DNA from: an uncultured virus (IMG/VR IMGVR_UViG_2049941000_000011)
Lineage: Duplodnaviria; Heunggongvirae; Uroviricota; Caudoviricetes
Direction: 5' to 3' (one strand)
Virus record (IMG/VR): IMGVR_UViG_2049941000_000011
DNA: 64,000 bases
The stretch's first letter is position 1. Every line of letters starts with the position of its first letter. Under the pieces are notes generated by a model. That model made no database searches. It saw only the letters and a list, made by a program, of their open reading frames with translations, and was not told the origin of the DNA. The translations under genes were made by a program, and so were the position numbers. This document shows positions 50,699-60,184 of the stretch, one piece after another.

Positions 50699-51136
50699 AT
50701 GTTTAAAATTAAATTTGGAAATTATTATGAACTTTTTTGTGCCAATCTAAACGAAACCAAGATATGTAGATTCGGAAACAAAAAACCAGACTTATTAAAT
50801 CTGCCAGTGGGCCAGGGACTATGGGTAGAAAACACTATTGAAGAATGGTGGGACAAATTGAAAGTAGGAAGAATTAAAGCTGACGAATCTAAGTGGTGTA
50901 AATGGGCAATTGACGAAATAATAACATTCATGCTAAAGGTTGAACTTGCAGTGGAGGATGGGGATAAAGTAGCAGATATCAATAAAAAGAAACGTCACAA
51001 TACAACGCCAGAAGGATATTTTGTTAATGCCGCGGCACACACAGAGGATGTTAATTCTCTCATCACTTGTTATTTCTTTATTGGTCGTTATGGCGTAACA
51101 GAAATGTCCCTTGTTTGGGATATCCACAAGAGGTAA
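50699..51136 (+). CDS. hypothetical protein, MFKIK start
   Basis: RBS aggagg. Confidence 0.7.
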   Translation: MFKIKFGNYYELFCANLNETKICRFGNKKPDLLNLPVGQGLWVENTIEEWWDKLKVGRIKADESKWCKWAIDEIITFMLKVELAVEDGDKVADINKKKRHNTTPEGYFVNAAAHTEDVNSLITCYFFIGRYGVTEMSLVWDIHKR

Positions 51137-51141
51137 TGTGT

Positions 51142-51537
51142 ATGTTTAAGATTAAAAAGCTTGCAACATATGAAGTTATTCAATACTTTTGGTCATCTGG
51201 TTCAGGATTCAAACCTGCTAGCACCTTCATGGAACTTTTGAAAGAAGTGGAAGTGGAAATAATCCGCGAATTTCGCGGGAGCGGGATGCGCGTGGATGAA
51301 GATTTAGCTGATATATTAACAGAGTTTTGGGAATATGTCGGTAACACCCAAGGATACGCCACTGAAGACAAAATAAAAAAAGAAATTGAAATGCAATATG
51401 GGGACTATAAGGCCCGCATCAGGACTTTTATGTCTGGCTCTGGTAGAACAACAGAATATGTGATAACCATAGATTCGAAGAATTGTAGAATAACACGAGA
51501 AATTCATGTAGGAAGGAGGATGCCAAACGATGTTTAG
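51142..51537 (+). CDS. hypothetical protein, MFKIK start
   Basis: RBS gaggt. Confidence 0.7.
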   Translation: MFKIKKLATYEVIQYFWSSGSGFKPASTFMELLKEVEVEIIREFRGSGMRVDEDLADILTEFWEYVGNTQGYATEDKIKKEIEMQYGDYKARIRTFMSGSGRTTEYVITIDSKNCRITREIHVGRRMPNDV

Positions 51538-51910
51538 AATTATTTTTAACAAATGTGTAGAAAAGTATTACGTCACTTTTGGAATAGTAAGGTCTGAAAT
51601 GACAGACTTAAAGAAAGTTATCAATTGGCTAAAGATCCGTGTAGATGACATGTTTGGCAGAAGAGGTTGGAAACCTTTATTCGAGAAGTTAGAGAACCAT
51701 ATTAACATAACGCAACACATAAAAAATGATTGTTTGGGAGATATGACATTCGAGAATCGAGAGTATAGTATTAAAATACATCATAATATTTATGGTCAGC
51801 AAAAAAGGCATCTCCAATACAACATCTGTTTTTACATTCGTGGAATATTCCAGGATGGGGGAATAGTTATTGTAGAAAGGAAAAGGAGTCCAAAAAAATG
51901 TTCAAAGTAA
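51530..51910 (+). CDS. hypothetical protein, MFRII start
   Basis: RBS aaggagg. Confidence 0.7.
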   Translation: MFRIIFNKCVEKYYVTFGIVRSEMTDLKKVINWLKIRVDDMFGRRGWKPLFEKLENHINITQHIKNDCLGDMTFENREYSIKIHHNIYGQQKRHLQYNICFYIRGIFQDGGIVIVERKRSPKKCSK

Positions 51911-52215
51911 AAAAATATACTATTATATTGGATGACACCACACATGAGGGGGTTAATATTGACCAGGTCCAAAATAATTTTTTGATCGATTTATTTTTTA
52001 CAGACCAGATATCTGTTGAAAAAGCTATAACAGCCATGGAGTGGATAAGAGATGTAATCAAAAACGGGAACGATACCAAACAACGCCCATCAGGAGTAGG
52101 AATAGCACACTCAAGAGATCCAAATGACCCTGGATATCATGCATTCTGTGTTAGAATACCCCGTGAAAAGGAATCATCAATTTATTTTGATGTATATACA
52201 AATTATTTAAACTGA
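51898..52215 (+). CDS. hypothetical protein, MFKVK start (paralog of 52230)
   Basis: RBS aaggag; shared KY.I..D and VRIP..YF.V. Confidence 0.7.
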   Translation: MFKVKKYTIILDDTTHEGVNIDQVQNNFLIDLFFTDQISVEKAITAMEWIRDVIKNGNDTKQRPSGVGIAHSRDPNDPGYHAFCVRIPREKESSIYFDVYTNYLN

Positions 52216-52229
52216 GAGGAGGAGTAGCT

Positions 52230-52568
52230 ATGTTTAAAATAAAGCTTAGAAAATATATAATGACCATAGATGGTTATTCATACGAGCGTTGGACTTTTAT
52301 AAAAGCTAAGAACGACCTAATGCAACATTTATTAGCGAAAGGTATGAAGAATGCTGGTGCAGTCATCCTTCCAACTATAAGAGCTTTAAACTACATTAAA
52401 AATATATATGATGGCGTCCCAGAATCCGAGAATAAAAAACCAGAAGATATAAACATTAAAATGGGTTTAGACGAACCAGATATATATTACTCTGTTAGAA
52501 TACCTATGAAAAACACTGATGATTATGTTTTCTTCACAGTAGCAGCAAAGGAGATATCTCATGTTTAG
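52230..52568 (+). CDS. hypothetical protein, MFKIK start
   Basis: RBS gaggaggag. Confidence 0.7.
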   Translation: MFKIKLRKYIMTIDGYSYERWTFIKAKNDLMQHLLAKGMKNAGAVILPTIRALNYIKNIYDGVPESENKKPEDINIKMGLDEPDIYYSVRIPMKNTDDYVFFTVAAKEISHV

Positions 52569-52962
52569 AATAATATTTAAAAACGCATTCCACGGATGGA
52601 AACCAAAATATAAACTGCATACGGGGCGAATCTTTGATACAGTCTCAGATCCAATCGTGCAAAGATTGAGCGAATGCTTCTTGAGAATCCCAGATGAGGG
52701 TAGTTGGTTACCAAAAAAAGCTCGTCCAGAATTCTTCATAGCTGTAGCGAACAAATGTGAAAGACCCTACATGGGATTCCCATACTTGATTCCAGCTTCT
52801 ATAGATTGTTCTTTTTTAGGCGATGCTGGGGCCGTGAGAAGCAGTATTAAAAAAGGGGTTAAGAGAAAATACCCTTTTCCAAAAGTATTTGGGCCCAAAT
52901 ATTGCACGGTAGAACAACAGATAGAAGTGCTAAAAAGAATCTATAGACAATGGAGGTTATAA
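52561..52962 (+). CDS. hypothetical protein, MFRII start
   Basis: RBS aaggag. Confidence 0.7.
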   Translation: MFRIIFKNAFHGWKPKYKLHTGRIFDTVSDPIVQRLSECFLRIPDEGSWLPKKARPEFFIAVANKCERPYMGFPYLIPASIDCSFLGDAGAVRSSIKKGVKRKYPFPKVFGPKYCTVEQQIEVLKRIYRQWRL

Positions 52963-53023
52963 GATGTATATTATCTGATTATTGGTAAAAAAATAAAGTC
53001 ATTGAAGAACAGGAGGTATAGTT

Positions 53024-53287
53024 ATGAACTTAGATGGCGAAATTTATGAAGTAGAGATAGCGTATCCTACTAATAGTGGAGAATCTTCAGTTAGAAAATT
53101 CTTCGCATCCAAAGATGAAGCAAAAGAGTTTGCAATGTCATGCGCTGGAGAGGACTATGAATATTTAGACCTCTGTGAATGGGACCCATGCGGGCCCAAC
53201 TGGTCTATCATTGAACAGATTCGCACAGAAGACGGTAGAATTATAACAATCGCACAAATCGACAACACATACAAGGAGGAAAAATAG
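53024..53287 (+). CDS. hypothetical protein
   Basis: RBS aggagg. Confidence 0.6.
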   Translation: MNLDGEIYEVEIAYPTNSGESSVRKFFASKDEAKEFAMSCAGEDYEYLDLCEWDPCGPNWSIIEQIRTEDGRIITIAQIDNTYKEEK

Positions 53288-53288
53288 T

Positions 53289-53654
53289 ATGGAAAAATTT
53301 AAAATTAAAAATTTATTATTGCTCGAATTAATTAATAAAAAGAATGCCATTGAAGATTTATCCAGGGCAATGTCAAAAAACATCCACAACGTCTCAAATG
53401 TAGAATTTAAAGCATTCTATAATAAGGGGCACGGATGGATTGAAGAAAGAATCATAATGACCTACCGCGGAGGGGCTATTGCAGTAAGAAATGTAAATAT
53501 CAATTCACTTATCTGTGACTATGAAGAGGCAATGAAACTTGCCCGTGGCGGGTATTACGATGAGGTTGAAGGATATAGAAAGATGTTAGAGAACGAGAAC
53601 TACATTGATATCCTGGAAAACCTAAATGAATTTTCACCAGAGGAGGTCTATTAA
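53289..53654 (+). CDS. hypothetical protein
   Basis: 121 aa; GGYYDEV motif. Confidence 0.65.
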   Translation: MEKFKIKNLLLLELINKKNAIEDLSRAMSKNIHNVSNVEFKAFYNKGHGWIEERIIMTYRGGAIAVRNVNINSLICDYEEAMKLARGGYYDEVEGYRKMLENENYIDILENLNEFSPEEVY

Positions 53655-53655
53655 G

Positions 53656-53871
53656 ATGAAAGTCAAAACATTAATTGCAAAGTTGCGTAAGATCGCACAA
53701 AAGAATCCTGATGCCCAGGTGTTGGGATTGGGAGATGAAGATGCTGGAGCAATCTATGATGTTAGTTACTATGAGAAGTGCACAGAAGATGAACTTCCAT
53801 ATGATGGAGGTGGATGCACAGACAGATTCTTGGGCAAAGACATTGTTGTCTTGAAAGGAGAATGGAACTAA
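53656..53871 (+). CDS. hypothetical protein
   Basis: MKVKTLIAKL...PDAQV. Confidence 0.6.
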   Translation: MKVKTLIAKLRKIAQKNPDAQVLGLGDEDAGAIYDVSYYEKCTEDELPYDGGGCTDRFLGKDIVVLKGEWN

Positions 53872-54152
53872 TGAACAACGAACGCAAATTAGAATGCATC
53901 GCAGATCTCGTGAAGAATTACCTTAACGATAAGAAGGAATATTCCAGGATCCGTAACAATATGGTTTGGTATAGAGAATCAATGAAGGAGAACCAGGGCG
54001 TGGATGTCACTCCAGAACAAGCATTCATGTTCGTGATGCAAAGCCCAACCAGCATCTATCAAGATTTGACCATCGCTGAACAAAAGGAAGTAGCTGCAAG
54101 TTTATGGGCAGCGCTTGTTAGAAAGAACTATAGTTTAACCAGGATTTGGTAG
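53871..54152 (+). CDS. hypothetical protein
   Basis: RBS-supported start MNNERK. Confidence 0.6.
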   Translation: MNNERKLECIADLVKNYLNDKKEYSRIRNNMVWYRESMKENQGVDVTPEQAFMFVMQSPTSIYQDLTIAEQKEVAASLWAALVRKNYSLTRIW

Positions 54153-54164
54153 AAGGAGAATAAT

Positions 54165-54557
54165 ATGCTTAAAGTAAAAGTAACTCATGAGTATGAACTC
54201 GATCATACATTATTAACAGATATCTTATCAACGGCTCTTACAGGTAACGACCTCTGGACTGTTGATTGGGATCCAAAAGATTCGAAGGCCATGAAGGCGA
54301 ATCATCCTGAAATTACCGATTGGTGCATAGAAGATGTTCTTGCGGGATTGCTTGAAGACGGCAAGACCTTTATCTTGATAGACAACGAAGAAGGTAAAGA
54401 ACACACCGTAACGGCAGAAATGTTTGCAAATGGCATTGCCTTGTATGAAAAAGACCATGGCACTATTCAAAGTATCATGGAAGATGCAGACTTTGATTTA
54501 TGGGATGGCGATGCGGTATTGCAACTAGCAGTATTTGGGGAGGTAATTTATGGATAG
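54165..54557 (+). CDS. hypothetical phage protein
   Basis: C-terminal DAVLQLAVFGEVIYG. Confidence 0.7.
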   Translation: MLKVKVTHEYELDHTLLTDILSTALTGNDLWTVDWDPKDSKAMKANHPEITDWCIEDVLAGLLEDGKTFILIDNEEGKEHTVTAEMFANGIALYEKDHGTIQSIMEDADFDLWDGDAVLQLAVFGEVIYG

Positions 54558-54762
54558 AGAGAAACTTTACGAAGCTATTGACAACAATACACTGTTTGAT
54601 TTCATTGCTAATGAATACGACGACATGACCAAGTATGAATTGAAAGAAGTTCTTTTAGCCGTGCTTGGAGTTGGATATGACGGATGTCACAGCGAAGAAG
54701 ATGAGCGTGCCTGGATGGAACTCATCTACAACGAATTACATGATTACAGGGAGTTTTATTAA
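54550..54762 (+). CDS. hypothetical protein
   Basis: 70 aa. Confidence 0.6.
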   Translation: MDREKLYEAIDNNTLFDFIANEYDDMTKYELKEVLLAVLGVGYDGCHSEEDERAWMELIYNELHDYREFY

Positions 54763-54764
54763 TT

Positions 54765-55091
54765 ATGATGACAGCCAAAGAAAGAAAAGAAATGAGAGAA
54801 AAGTTCTTTAAAGACTTTGATATCAGCGCTGATTCAAGTAAAGATGCAGGAGTGGGCATATTGATTGCCCACCACTACATCAGTTTGGGTGAACGAGTAA
54901 TACAGACAATAACCGAAGAGGATATTGAGAGGGCTTACAAGGATGAAGTGCAGAAGCAAAAAGATGCGGAAGCGAAGGGGCTCGTATATATGGTAGAGCC
55001 CGATTTCACTAAGTTCGTATTAACAGCCTGTGTGGCATTATATAAGTTGCCATCCGAAGTAAAATATGATATAATTAAGAAATTAATATAA
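54765..55091 (+). CDS. hypothetical protein
   Basis: 108 aa. Confidence 0.6.
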   Translation: MMTAKERKEMREKFFKDFDISADSSKDAGVGILIAHHYISLGERVIQTITEEDIERAYKDEVQKQKDAEAKGLVYMVEPDFTKFVLTACVALYKLPSEVKYDIIKKLI

Positions 55092-55124
55092 TGTAGAGAT
55101 GAAGAAGTCTCTGGAGGTAAAATT

Positions 55125-55487
55125 ATGTTCAAGATTCCTAACATTGAATACAAACTTAATAAGGAAATAACAAATGAACAGCTAGTTGCAGCAGAAACCT
55201 ATTATATGACCAACACAATATTTCAAATTCGAGACGGTAGGAAGAGAACTTTCTTTATAACAAATAAGAATCCCGAAAAGAAACCAGACGGCACGATTGA
55301 GTTCCGTGAATGCAGCATGATTGACAAAACTTGTTTTGAAAAGGATGGTAGTTATCACGGCGCCCTACTCGCAGGGTTTAAATATTTTATCTTCAGAGAC
55401 GAACTCGGTGGTGACCCCGAAGGATGGTATTCTTCAGTGTATGACAGTAAAGATATAGTGGAAGCAGGTGATGAATATGAGTTTTAG
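55125..55487 (+). CDS. tandem paralog A, MFKIP start
   Basis: TIEFRECSMIDKTCF...YFIF. Confidence 0.7.
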   Translation: MFKIPNIEYKLNKEITNEQLVAAETYYMTNTIFQIRDGRKRTFFITNKNPEKKPDGTIEFRECSMIDKTCFEKDGSYHGALLAGFKYFIFRDELGGDPEGWYSSVYDSKDIVEAGDEYEF

Positions 55488-55824
55488 AATACCTAAAATC
55501 CACAAAAAACTTACACCTCTGTCCGAGGAACAACTCAAGATATTAGATGCGAGATTCGGTAGCGAAAACGTAATACTAATAGAGAAGCATGGCGTATTTA
55601 TATGTGACAAACAAACTAAACACAGTAGAGCCAAGACAGTTGAATTAAGAGACTGTAGAAAAGTGGATGGCACCTGCTTTACCAGCACGGGGGAATACGC
55701 AGGAACATATGTTGGCAAACAACAATACTTCATTATGAAAGACATGCTTGACGATAGCGAATTGTTTCTACAATACTATTATGATAGAGAAATAATAAAG
55801 GAGGGATATGAACATGAGCTTTAA
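55477..55824 (+). CDS. tandem paralog B, MSFRIP start
   Basis: TVELRDCRKVDGTCF...YFIM. Confidence 0.7.
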   Translation: MSFRIPKIHKKLTPLSEEQLKILDARFGSENVILIEKHGVFICDKQTKHSRAKTVELRDCRKVDGTCFTSTGEYAGTYVGKQQYFIMKDMLDDSELFLQYYYDREIIKEGYEHEL

Positions 55825-56158
55825 GATTCCTAGGATTCAGATTAGAAGACAACACAGGGTCTTTATATCTGAGAGCAATTTTCATAATTTACTAGACGCT
55901 GGGCATATAGTAATAAATGTTATGCTGCGAGGAACTTTTGTGTGCTCAGCTATGACTAAGCATGAAAAAGAAGCTACGATTGAATTTATTAACTGTAGAC
56001 GAGTTGATGATAGCTGTTTTGCAGAAGACGGTTTCAGAGATATGTATTGTCCTGAACCAGCAAAAAGATTTATTTTTCAAGATGCACAAGCAGAAGACCG
56101 CACTGCATACAGTTCAATCTATTATACAGATGAAATAGTAACAGAAAGAGAGGAATAG
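55814..56158 (+). CDS. tandem paralog C, MSFKIP start
   Basis: TIEFINCRRVDDSCF...RFIF. Confidence 0.7.
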   Translation: MSFKIPRIQIRRQHRVFISESNFHNLLDAGHIVINVMLRGTFVCSAMTKHEKEATIEFINCRRVDDSCFAEDGFRDMYCPEPAKRFIFQDAQAEDRTAYSSIYYTDEIVTEREE

Positions 56159-56160
56159 TT

Positions 56161-56532
56161 ATGTCTTTTAAAATTAAACCATTAGAAAAGCCAACGAAAT
56201 TTTTCGTAACAAGCAGAAGAATCAGCAATAAGATATACGAAGTATTGAAGGCTCATGGTCTTCATATATGTTATTCTCGCTACTGGGATACTGGCGACGG
56301 AGAACAACTTGAAAATAAGAATGTCTTCGCAAATTTTGCTAATACTTTCATTTTTGATAAAGAACCTCGCTGGGAAGAATCATGGACAAATCCAAAAACT
56401 GGCTTTGTAGAAAAGTGGATTCCTGATGTAAACAAATATTTGATGGAAGACGAAGTAGTACAGGACCAAGAATTTTATAAATATCTTAGTGATATTTTAG
56501 AGAAAGAAGGTGTAGAAGAATGTTTAGATTAA
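56161..56532 (+). CDS. hypothetical protein, MSFKIK start (LPD28-like motif)
   Basis: R..D.GD..QLE.KNVFANFANTFI pattern. Confidence 0.6.
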   Translation: MSFKIKPLEKPTKFFVTSRRISNKIYEVLKAHGLHICYSRYWDTGDGEQLENKNVFANFANTFIFDKEPRWEESWTNPKTGFVEKWIPDVNKYLMEDEVVQDQEFYKYLSDILEKEGVEECLD

Positions 56533-56783
56533 AGATAGACGCGGTGCATTTATTAACCTGGAGGAGCCCGTCCACTGGGGGAGTTAAATTTGTAGGATGG
56601 GACAGCAAAAGAAAGATTTATTCAACCAATTATTACGAGAACGTGGGTTTTGGAAAAAAGACAACCTGGGTAAAGACCAGAAAAGAAATTAACAATAAAG
56701 TTAAAGAACTTATATCCAAGGAATACCATGAAGTTGAATATCTAAGAGAAATTCACATATTTGGTCATGTGCATAATGAATGA
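56520..56783 (+). CDS. hypothetical protein, MFRLK start
   Basis: 87 aa. Confidence 0.6.
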   Translation: MFRLKIDAVHLLTWRSPSTGGVKFVGWDSKRKIYSTNYYENVGFGKKTTWVKTRKEINNKVKELISKEYHEVEYLREIHIFGHVHNE

Positions 56784-57225
56784 TAGGATTTTAGCTGGAA
56801 TCGTGGTTGTCGGTGCGATTGTCCTGGGGGCGGTTGCACTGATAATCAGTCTATTAATAGCTACACTCATTGATGAGAGAAAGGAGAATATGAGTAATAT
56901 GGATAGACGTTATGTTGAGGGGCACGTATCTGCCCAAGACCCTGAAGGTATTCAAGGAGCTTTGTATAAAGTTGACGCCGATGATGGTGATGTAATTAAA
57001 TATTTATACATTGACAGCATTGAAGACTATAGGGTACAATATTGGAGCTTTAATGAAGATAAAGAGCTCATAGATGGCGGTGAAATTGACACGACATCTA
57101 CAGACCCAGAAGACATCCTGGATGATGTTAAGAGCTGGGTCGGCTTAGACGGAGCCACTCTTGAAAAAGAAGAAGACTGGCTGGACATCAGTGACCTGGA
57201 AGATTGGGGTTTCACTGGAATGTAA
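56776..57225 (+). CDS. acidic protein with N-terminal TM segment (internal RBS/ATG at 56890)
   Basis: TM helix then gaaaggag-ATG in frame. Confidence 0.55.
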   Translation: MNDRILAGIVVVGAIVLGAVALIISLLIATLIDERKENMSNMDRRYVEGHVSAQDPEGIQGALYKVDADDGDVIKYLYIDSIEDYRVQYWSFNEDKELIDGGEIDTTSTDPEDILDDVKSWVGLDGATLEKEEDWLDISDLEDWGFTGM

Positions 57226-57252
57226 AAAAAAGAAGAAAGAAGGAAATAAATT

Positions 57253-57606
57253 ATGTTACAAATTAGAACAGGATGTTTTGAAACAAATAGCTCAAGCACA
57301 CACAGCTTAATCATGTGCTCAGAAAATCAATATAAAGACTGGATAGATGGAAAACTCTATTATTGTCAATGGGAAGAGTGCACAGGAGCTAAGAAAGGGC
57401 ATTTCTATACCAAAGAAGAAGCTTTAAAATTAGCACAAGGGTGCAAATGGTATGATGAAGAAGACGGATTACGTAGCGTGGGTCTATACACATTTGATGA
57501 ATGGGAAGAAGACTCTTGTGTTGAAGAAACAAAAAAATATGTTACCGAAAGTGGGGAAACAATTCTCGGATTATTAGTAGAAGAGGGTTGCTTCTCGGAT
57601 TATTAG
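57253..57606 (+). CDS. FETNSSS-motif protein 4
   Basis: MLQIRTGCFETNSSSTHSL. Confidence 0.75.
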   Translation: MLQIRTGCFETNSSSTHSLIMCSENQYKDWIDGKLYYCQWEECTGAKKGHFYTKEEALKLAQGCKWYDEEDGLRSVGLYTFDEWEEDSCVEETKKYVTESGETILGLLVEEGCFSDY

Positions 57607-57630
57607 TAGAAGAGGGTTGCTAGTAGAAGA
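57563..57630. repeat. 29-bp tandem duplication plus partial third copy
   Basis: ttctcggattattagtagaagagggttgc at 57563 and 57592, then tagtagaaga. Confidence 0.9.
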
Positions 57631-57668
57631 ATAAGCGACTATGGATGTGGAAGAAAGGAGAAATGGAC

Positions 57669-58469
57669 ATGGAAGCTAGAAATTTATTAATAGGTCTATC
57701 CATTAAACACAATGGTGACTGGGAAAAAATCTATAAAGCCGTATCTAGTAAAGATGTTGAGGAACTGGAATCATTCATCGAGCAATTTGAAAAGTCGGGA
57801 TGCAAAGCGCTGACTATGCTGGACAAAGAATATCCAGATAGTTTAAAACATAGTTATCAGCCACCGTTCGTATTATTTTACGAAGGAGATTTATCATTGC
57901 TTGACCACATAGACAGTAATCTAGCAGTAGTTGGGACTCATGAACCTACTGGATATGGTATTGAGATGACCCATAACTTAGTGGGAGAGTTGTCCAGGAG
58001 TTACAACATCGTAACAAGTATCCGTCCTGGAATAGATAGTATAGCCTGTGATGCGGCGCTGTCCAATGAATATGGTCATGTCATTGCAGTGGTGGCAGGA
58101 GGGTTCGGATGTAAAACAAAATACAAGAACTGGGACGAGCTTAAAAAGAATCATCTTGTATTAACAGAATACTTTGGAACCGAAAAACCAGAAGTCCATA
58201 AAGGATGCATGGGTAAAGATAGAATCATTGTTGGTTTATCCAAAGGGCTACTGGTCATTGAAGATACAAAAACTGGACGCTCAGCAGTAACAGCAAACCT
58301 TGCATTAAGCAATGGCAGAGAGATTCTTGCGGTTCCAGGAAGAGCTGGAGAAGATTCATTATCAAATTCTTTAATTAGAACAGGAGCTGTCCTGGTAGAA
58401 ACAGCTGAAGATGTTAAAACAGAATTAGAGGCGTTTGTAATGAGTAGCACGCCAGAGGAGGTAAAATAA
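57669..58469 (+). CDS. dprA: DprA/Smf DNA-processing protein
   Basis: YPDSLK..QPPFVLFYEG, AVVGT, GIDS, RIIVGLS, TA..AL..GREILAVPG, NSLIRTGA. Confidence 0.85.
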   Translation: MEARNLLIGLSIKHNGDWEKIYKAVSSKDVEELESFIEQFEKSGCKALTMLDKEYPDSLKHSYQPPFVLFYEGDLSLLDHIDSNLAVVGTHEPTGYGIEMTHNLVGELSRSYNIVTSIRPGIDSIACDAALSNEYGHVIAVVAGGFGCKTKYKNWDELKKNHLVLTEYFGTEKPEVHKGCMGKDRIIVGLSKGLLVIEDTKTGRSAVTANLALSNGREILAVPGRAGEDSLSNSLIRTGAVLVETAEDVKTELEAFVMSSTPEEVK

Positions 58470-58471
58470 TT

Positions 58472-59050
58472 ATGAAAAAAGATAGAAATGTAATTGCCAA
58501 CGACATTGCTGCTAAACTTAAGGGCGGCAAAAAACTGACCAAGAAAGAAATTGAATTCATTTGTGACGCCATTACAGACCCTGAGGGCGAGTTCTGTAAA
58601 AGAGAAGCTAAATTCAGATTACTAGAAATACACAACTGCAGCACAAAAATGGCAGAAGCACTCGAACCATATGCCGAAGAATCCATTAGAGATACTTTTG
58701 ATTACACCGAGTATTTCTATGATGCATTAGACGATAATTTAAGGAATGATGTTTTGGACAAAACATTTAAAGTCAAGATTCATGTAAAGTCCATCGATTA
58801 TGCAATCGAAGATGAAGACATCGTAGACCTGGTTGATGGTGATGACGAAGCTGCGTTTGAAGCGAAGAGACAAGAAATCTTAGATGGGCTTCCAAAGCAA
58901 TTAGACTTTGTACTTAAGGGAATTCCAGGTGATATTGATGATGAATCATTTGGGGACGAGGTTGCAAATGAAATTTCAGAAAGAACCAACTGGTTGATTT
59001 ATAATTGTGATTTTGATGTTGTTGAAGCTATAGAGGAGGAGGAAGACTAA
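58472..59050 (+). CDS. acidic hypothetical protein
   Basis: 192 aa. Confidence 0.65.
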   Translation: MKKDRNVIANDIAAKLKGGKKLTKKEIEFICDAITDPEGEFCKREAKFRLLEIHNCSTKMAEALEPYAEESIRDTFDYTEYFYDALDDNLRNDVLDKTFKVKIHVKSIDYAIEDEDIVDLVDGDDEAAFEAKRQEILDGLPKQLDFVLKGIPGDIDDESFGDEVANEISERTNWLIYNCDFDVVEAIEEEED

Positions 59051-59280
59051 TGAAAACCGAAAAATTTTATCTTTATTTAGACCAACCTTCTTATATTATA
59101 GCCAGGGATACACCTTATGGCAGGGTCGTGATTTCTGGGACATATAAACATAAGGATAATGCCGTGAAGGAACTTAAGAAAAGAATCGCTTTTGCTAAGA
59201 ACCAGGATGACGGCTTATCTGGATGGAGTGAACCATATCTCTTAGAGTTCACACCAAGTTCCAGGAAGGTAGAGTTATAA
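59050..59280 (+). CDS. hypothetical protein
   Basis: 76 aa. Confidence 0.6.
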   Translation: MKTEKFYLYLDQPSYIIARDTPYGRVVISGTYKHKDNAVKELKKRIAFAKNQDDGLSGWSEPYLLEFTPSSRKVEL

Positions 59281-59297
59281 AAAAAGAAAGAGGAGGA

Positions 59298-59888
59298 GTG
59301 AATATGGCAAATGATTGTACGTTTGATGTAGTGGTTCGTGGATCAAAAGAAGAAATTGATATTTTTTACAACCGCTGTTTAAAAGCTAAAGAAAACGGAA
59401 CCAAATCACACAGCTGGTGGGCTTATGCGATATTACAAGAACATGGATATAGCACATACACCATCGAGCACAAAGTAGGATTCATCGGGGGTCACCTGGA
59501 TAATTTGGGCGAACCAATCGAAGATGGAGACGAATATTTCTTAACAATCAACATGACAACACGATGGTCACCAATGATCACGGCATTTAACAGGATGTTA
59601 GGAAATTACACCACGCTAAGAGCAGTATACTTTGCTGAGGAACCTGGAATGGGCATTTATGTCAATACAGATAAAAGTGGCAGAGACTTCAATGTTGAAT
59701 ATTGCATAGAAGACTACGATGAAGATGGCTGCGGGTCAGAATATTTTGGTTCAGATGAAGAACTCAAAAAATTTATAAAAGATGTTTATGGCAAAGATCT
59801 CAAATCAATTCCGCCAGATGATGATGCAGAAATTAAAATCAACAAAACAAAAACAATTTGTTTTCATAGGTTCGCAAAACAATATTAA
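59298..59888 (+). CDS. YubB/Api92-like ferredoxin-fold protein
   Basis: MANDC.F..., TRWSP, YFAEEPGMG motifs. Confidence 0.65.
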   Translation: MNMANDCTFDVVVRGSKEEIDIFYNRCLKAKENGTKSHSWWAYAILQEHGYSTYTIEHKVGFIGGHLDNLGEPIEDGDEYFLTINMTTRWSPMITAFNRMLGNYTTLRAVYFAEEPGMGIYVNTDKSGRDFNVEYCIEDYDEDGCGSEYFGSDEELKKFIKDVYGKDLKSIPPDDDAEIKINKTKTICFHRFAKQY

Positions 59889-59901
59889 GGAGGTAAATAA
59901 T

Positions 59902-60135
59902 ATGGAAGATGTTGAAGGAAAGAAAATCAAAGAAGGGGACTTGATTCTTATTCCAGTCTTGATAAGAAAAATGTGCTACAGCATATTGGACAGTTTCCGA
60001 ATCGTTAAAGTTACCAGGATGACAGAGAAAAGTATGTGGGTCATAGACCGCAGTGGCAAAGGAAAAGAGTTTTTAATCCGCCCTGATTCTAAAAAGATTT
60101 ACAGAATTTCTAGAAAAAATTACAAAATCACTTGA
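59902..60135 (+). CDS. small SH3/KOW-like hypothetical protein
   Basis: D..GKKIKEGD. Confidence 0.55.
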   Translation: MEDVEGKKIKEGDLILIPVLIRKMCYSILDSFRIVKVTRMTEKSMWVIDRSGKGKEFLIRPDSKKIYRISRKNYKIT

Positions 60136-60160
60136 CGCCCTGGAAAACATGTTATACTAT
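60132..60160 (+). promoter_or_regulatory. possible sigmaA-type promoter for terminal operon (60185-63030)
   Basis: TTGACG plus TG-n-TATACT. Confidence 0.45.
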
Positions 60161-60184
60161 AAAGGTAACAAAAGAGGAAATAGT

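Noticed and set aside
57563..57630. CRISPR-like 29-nt repeat
   Set aside because: The copies are directly adjacent with no spacer, and no cas genes are present.
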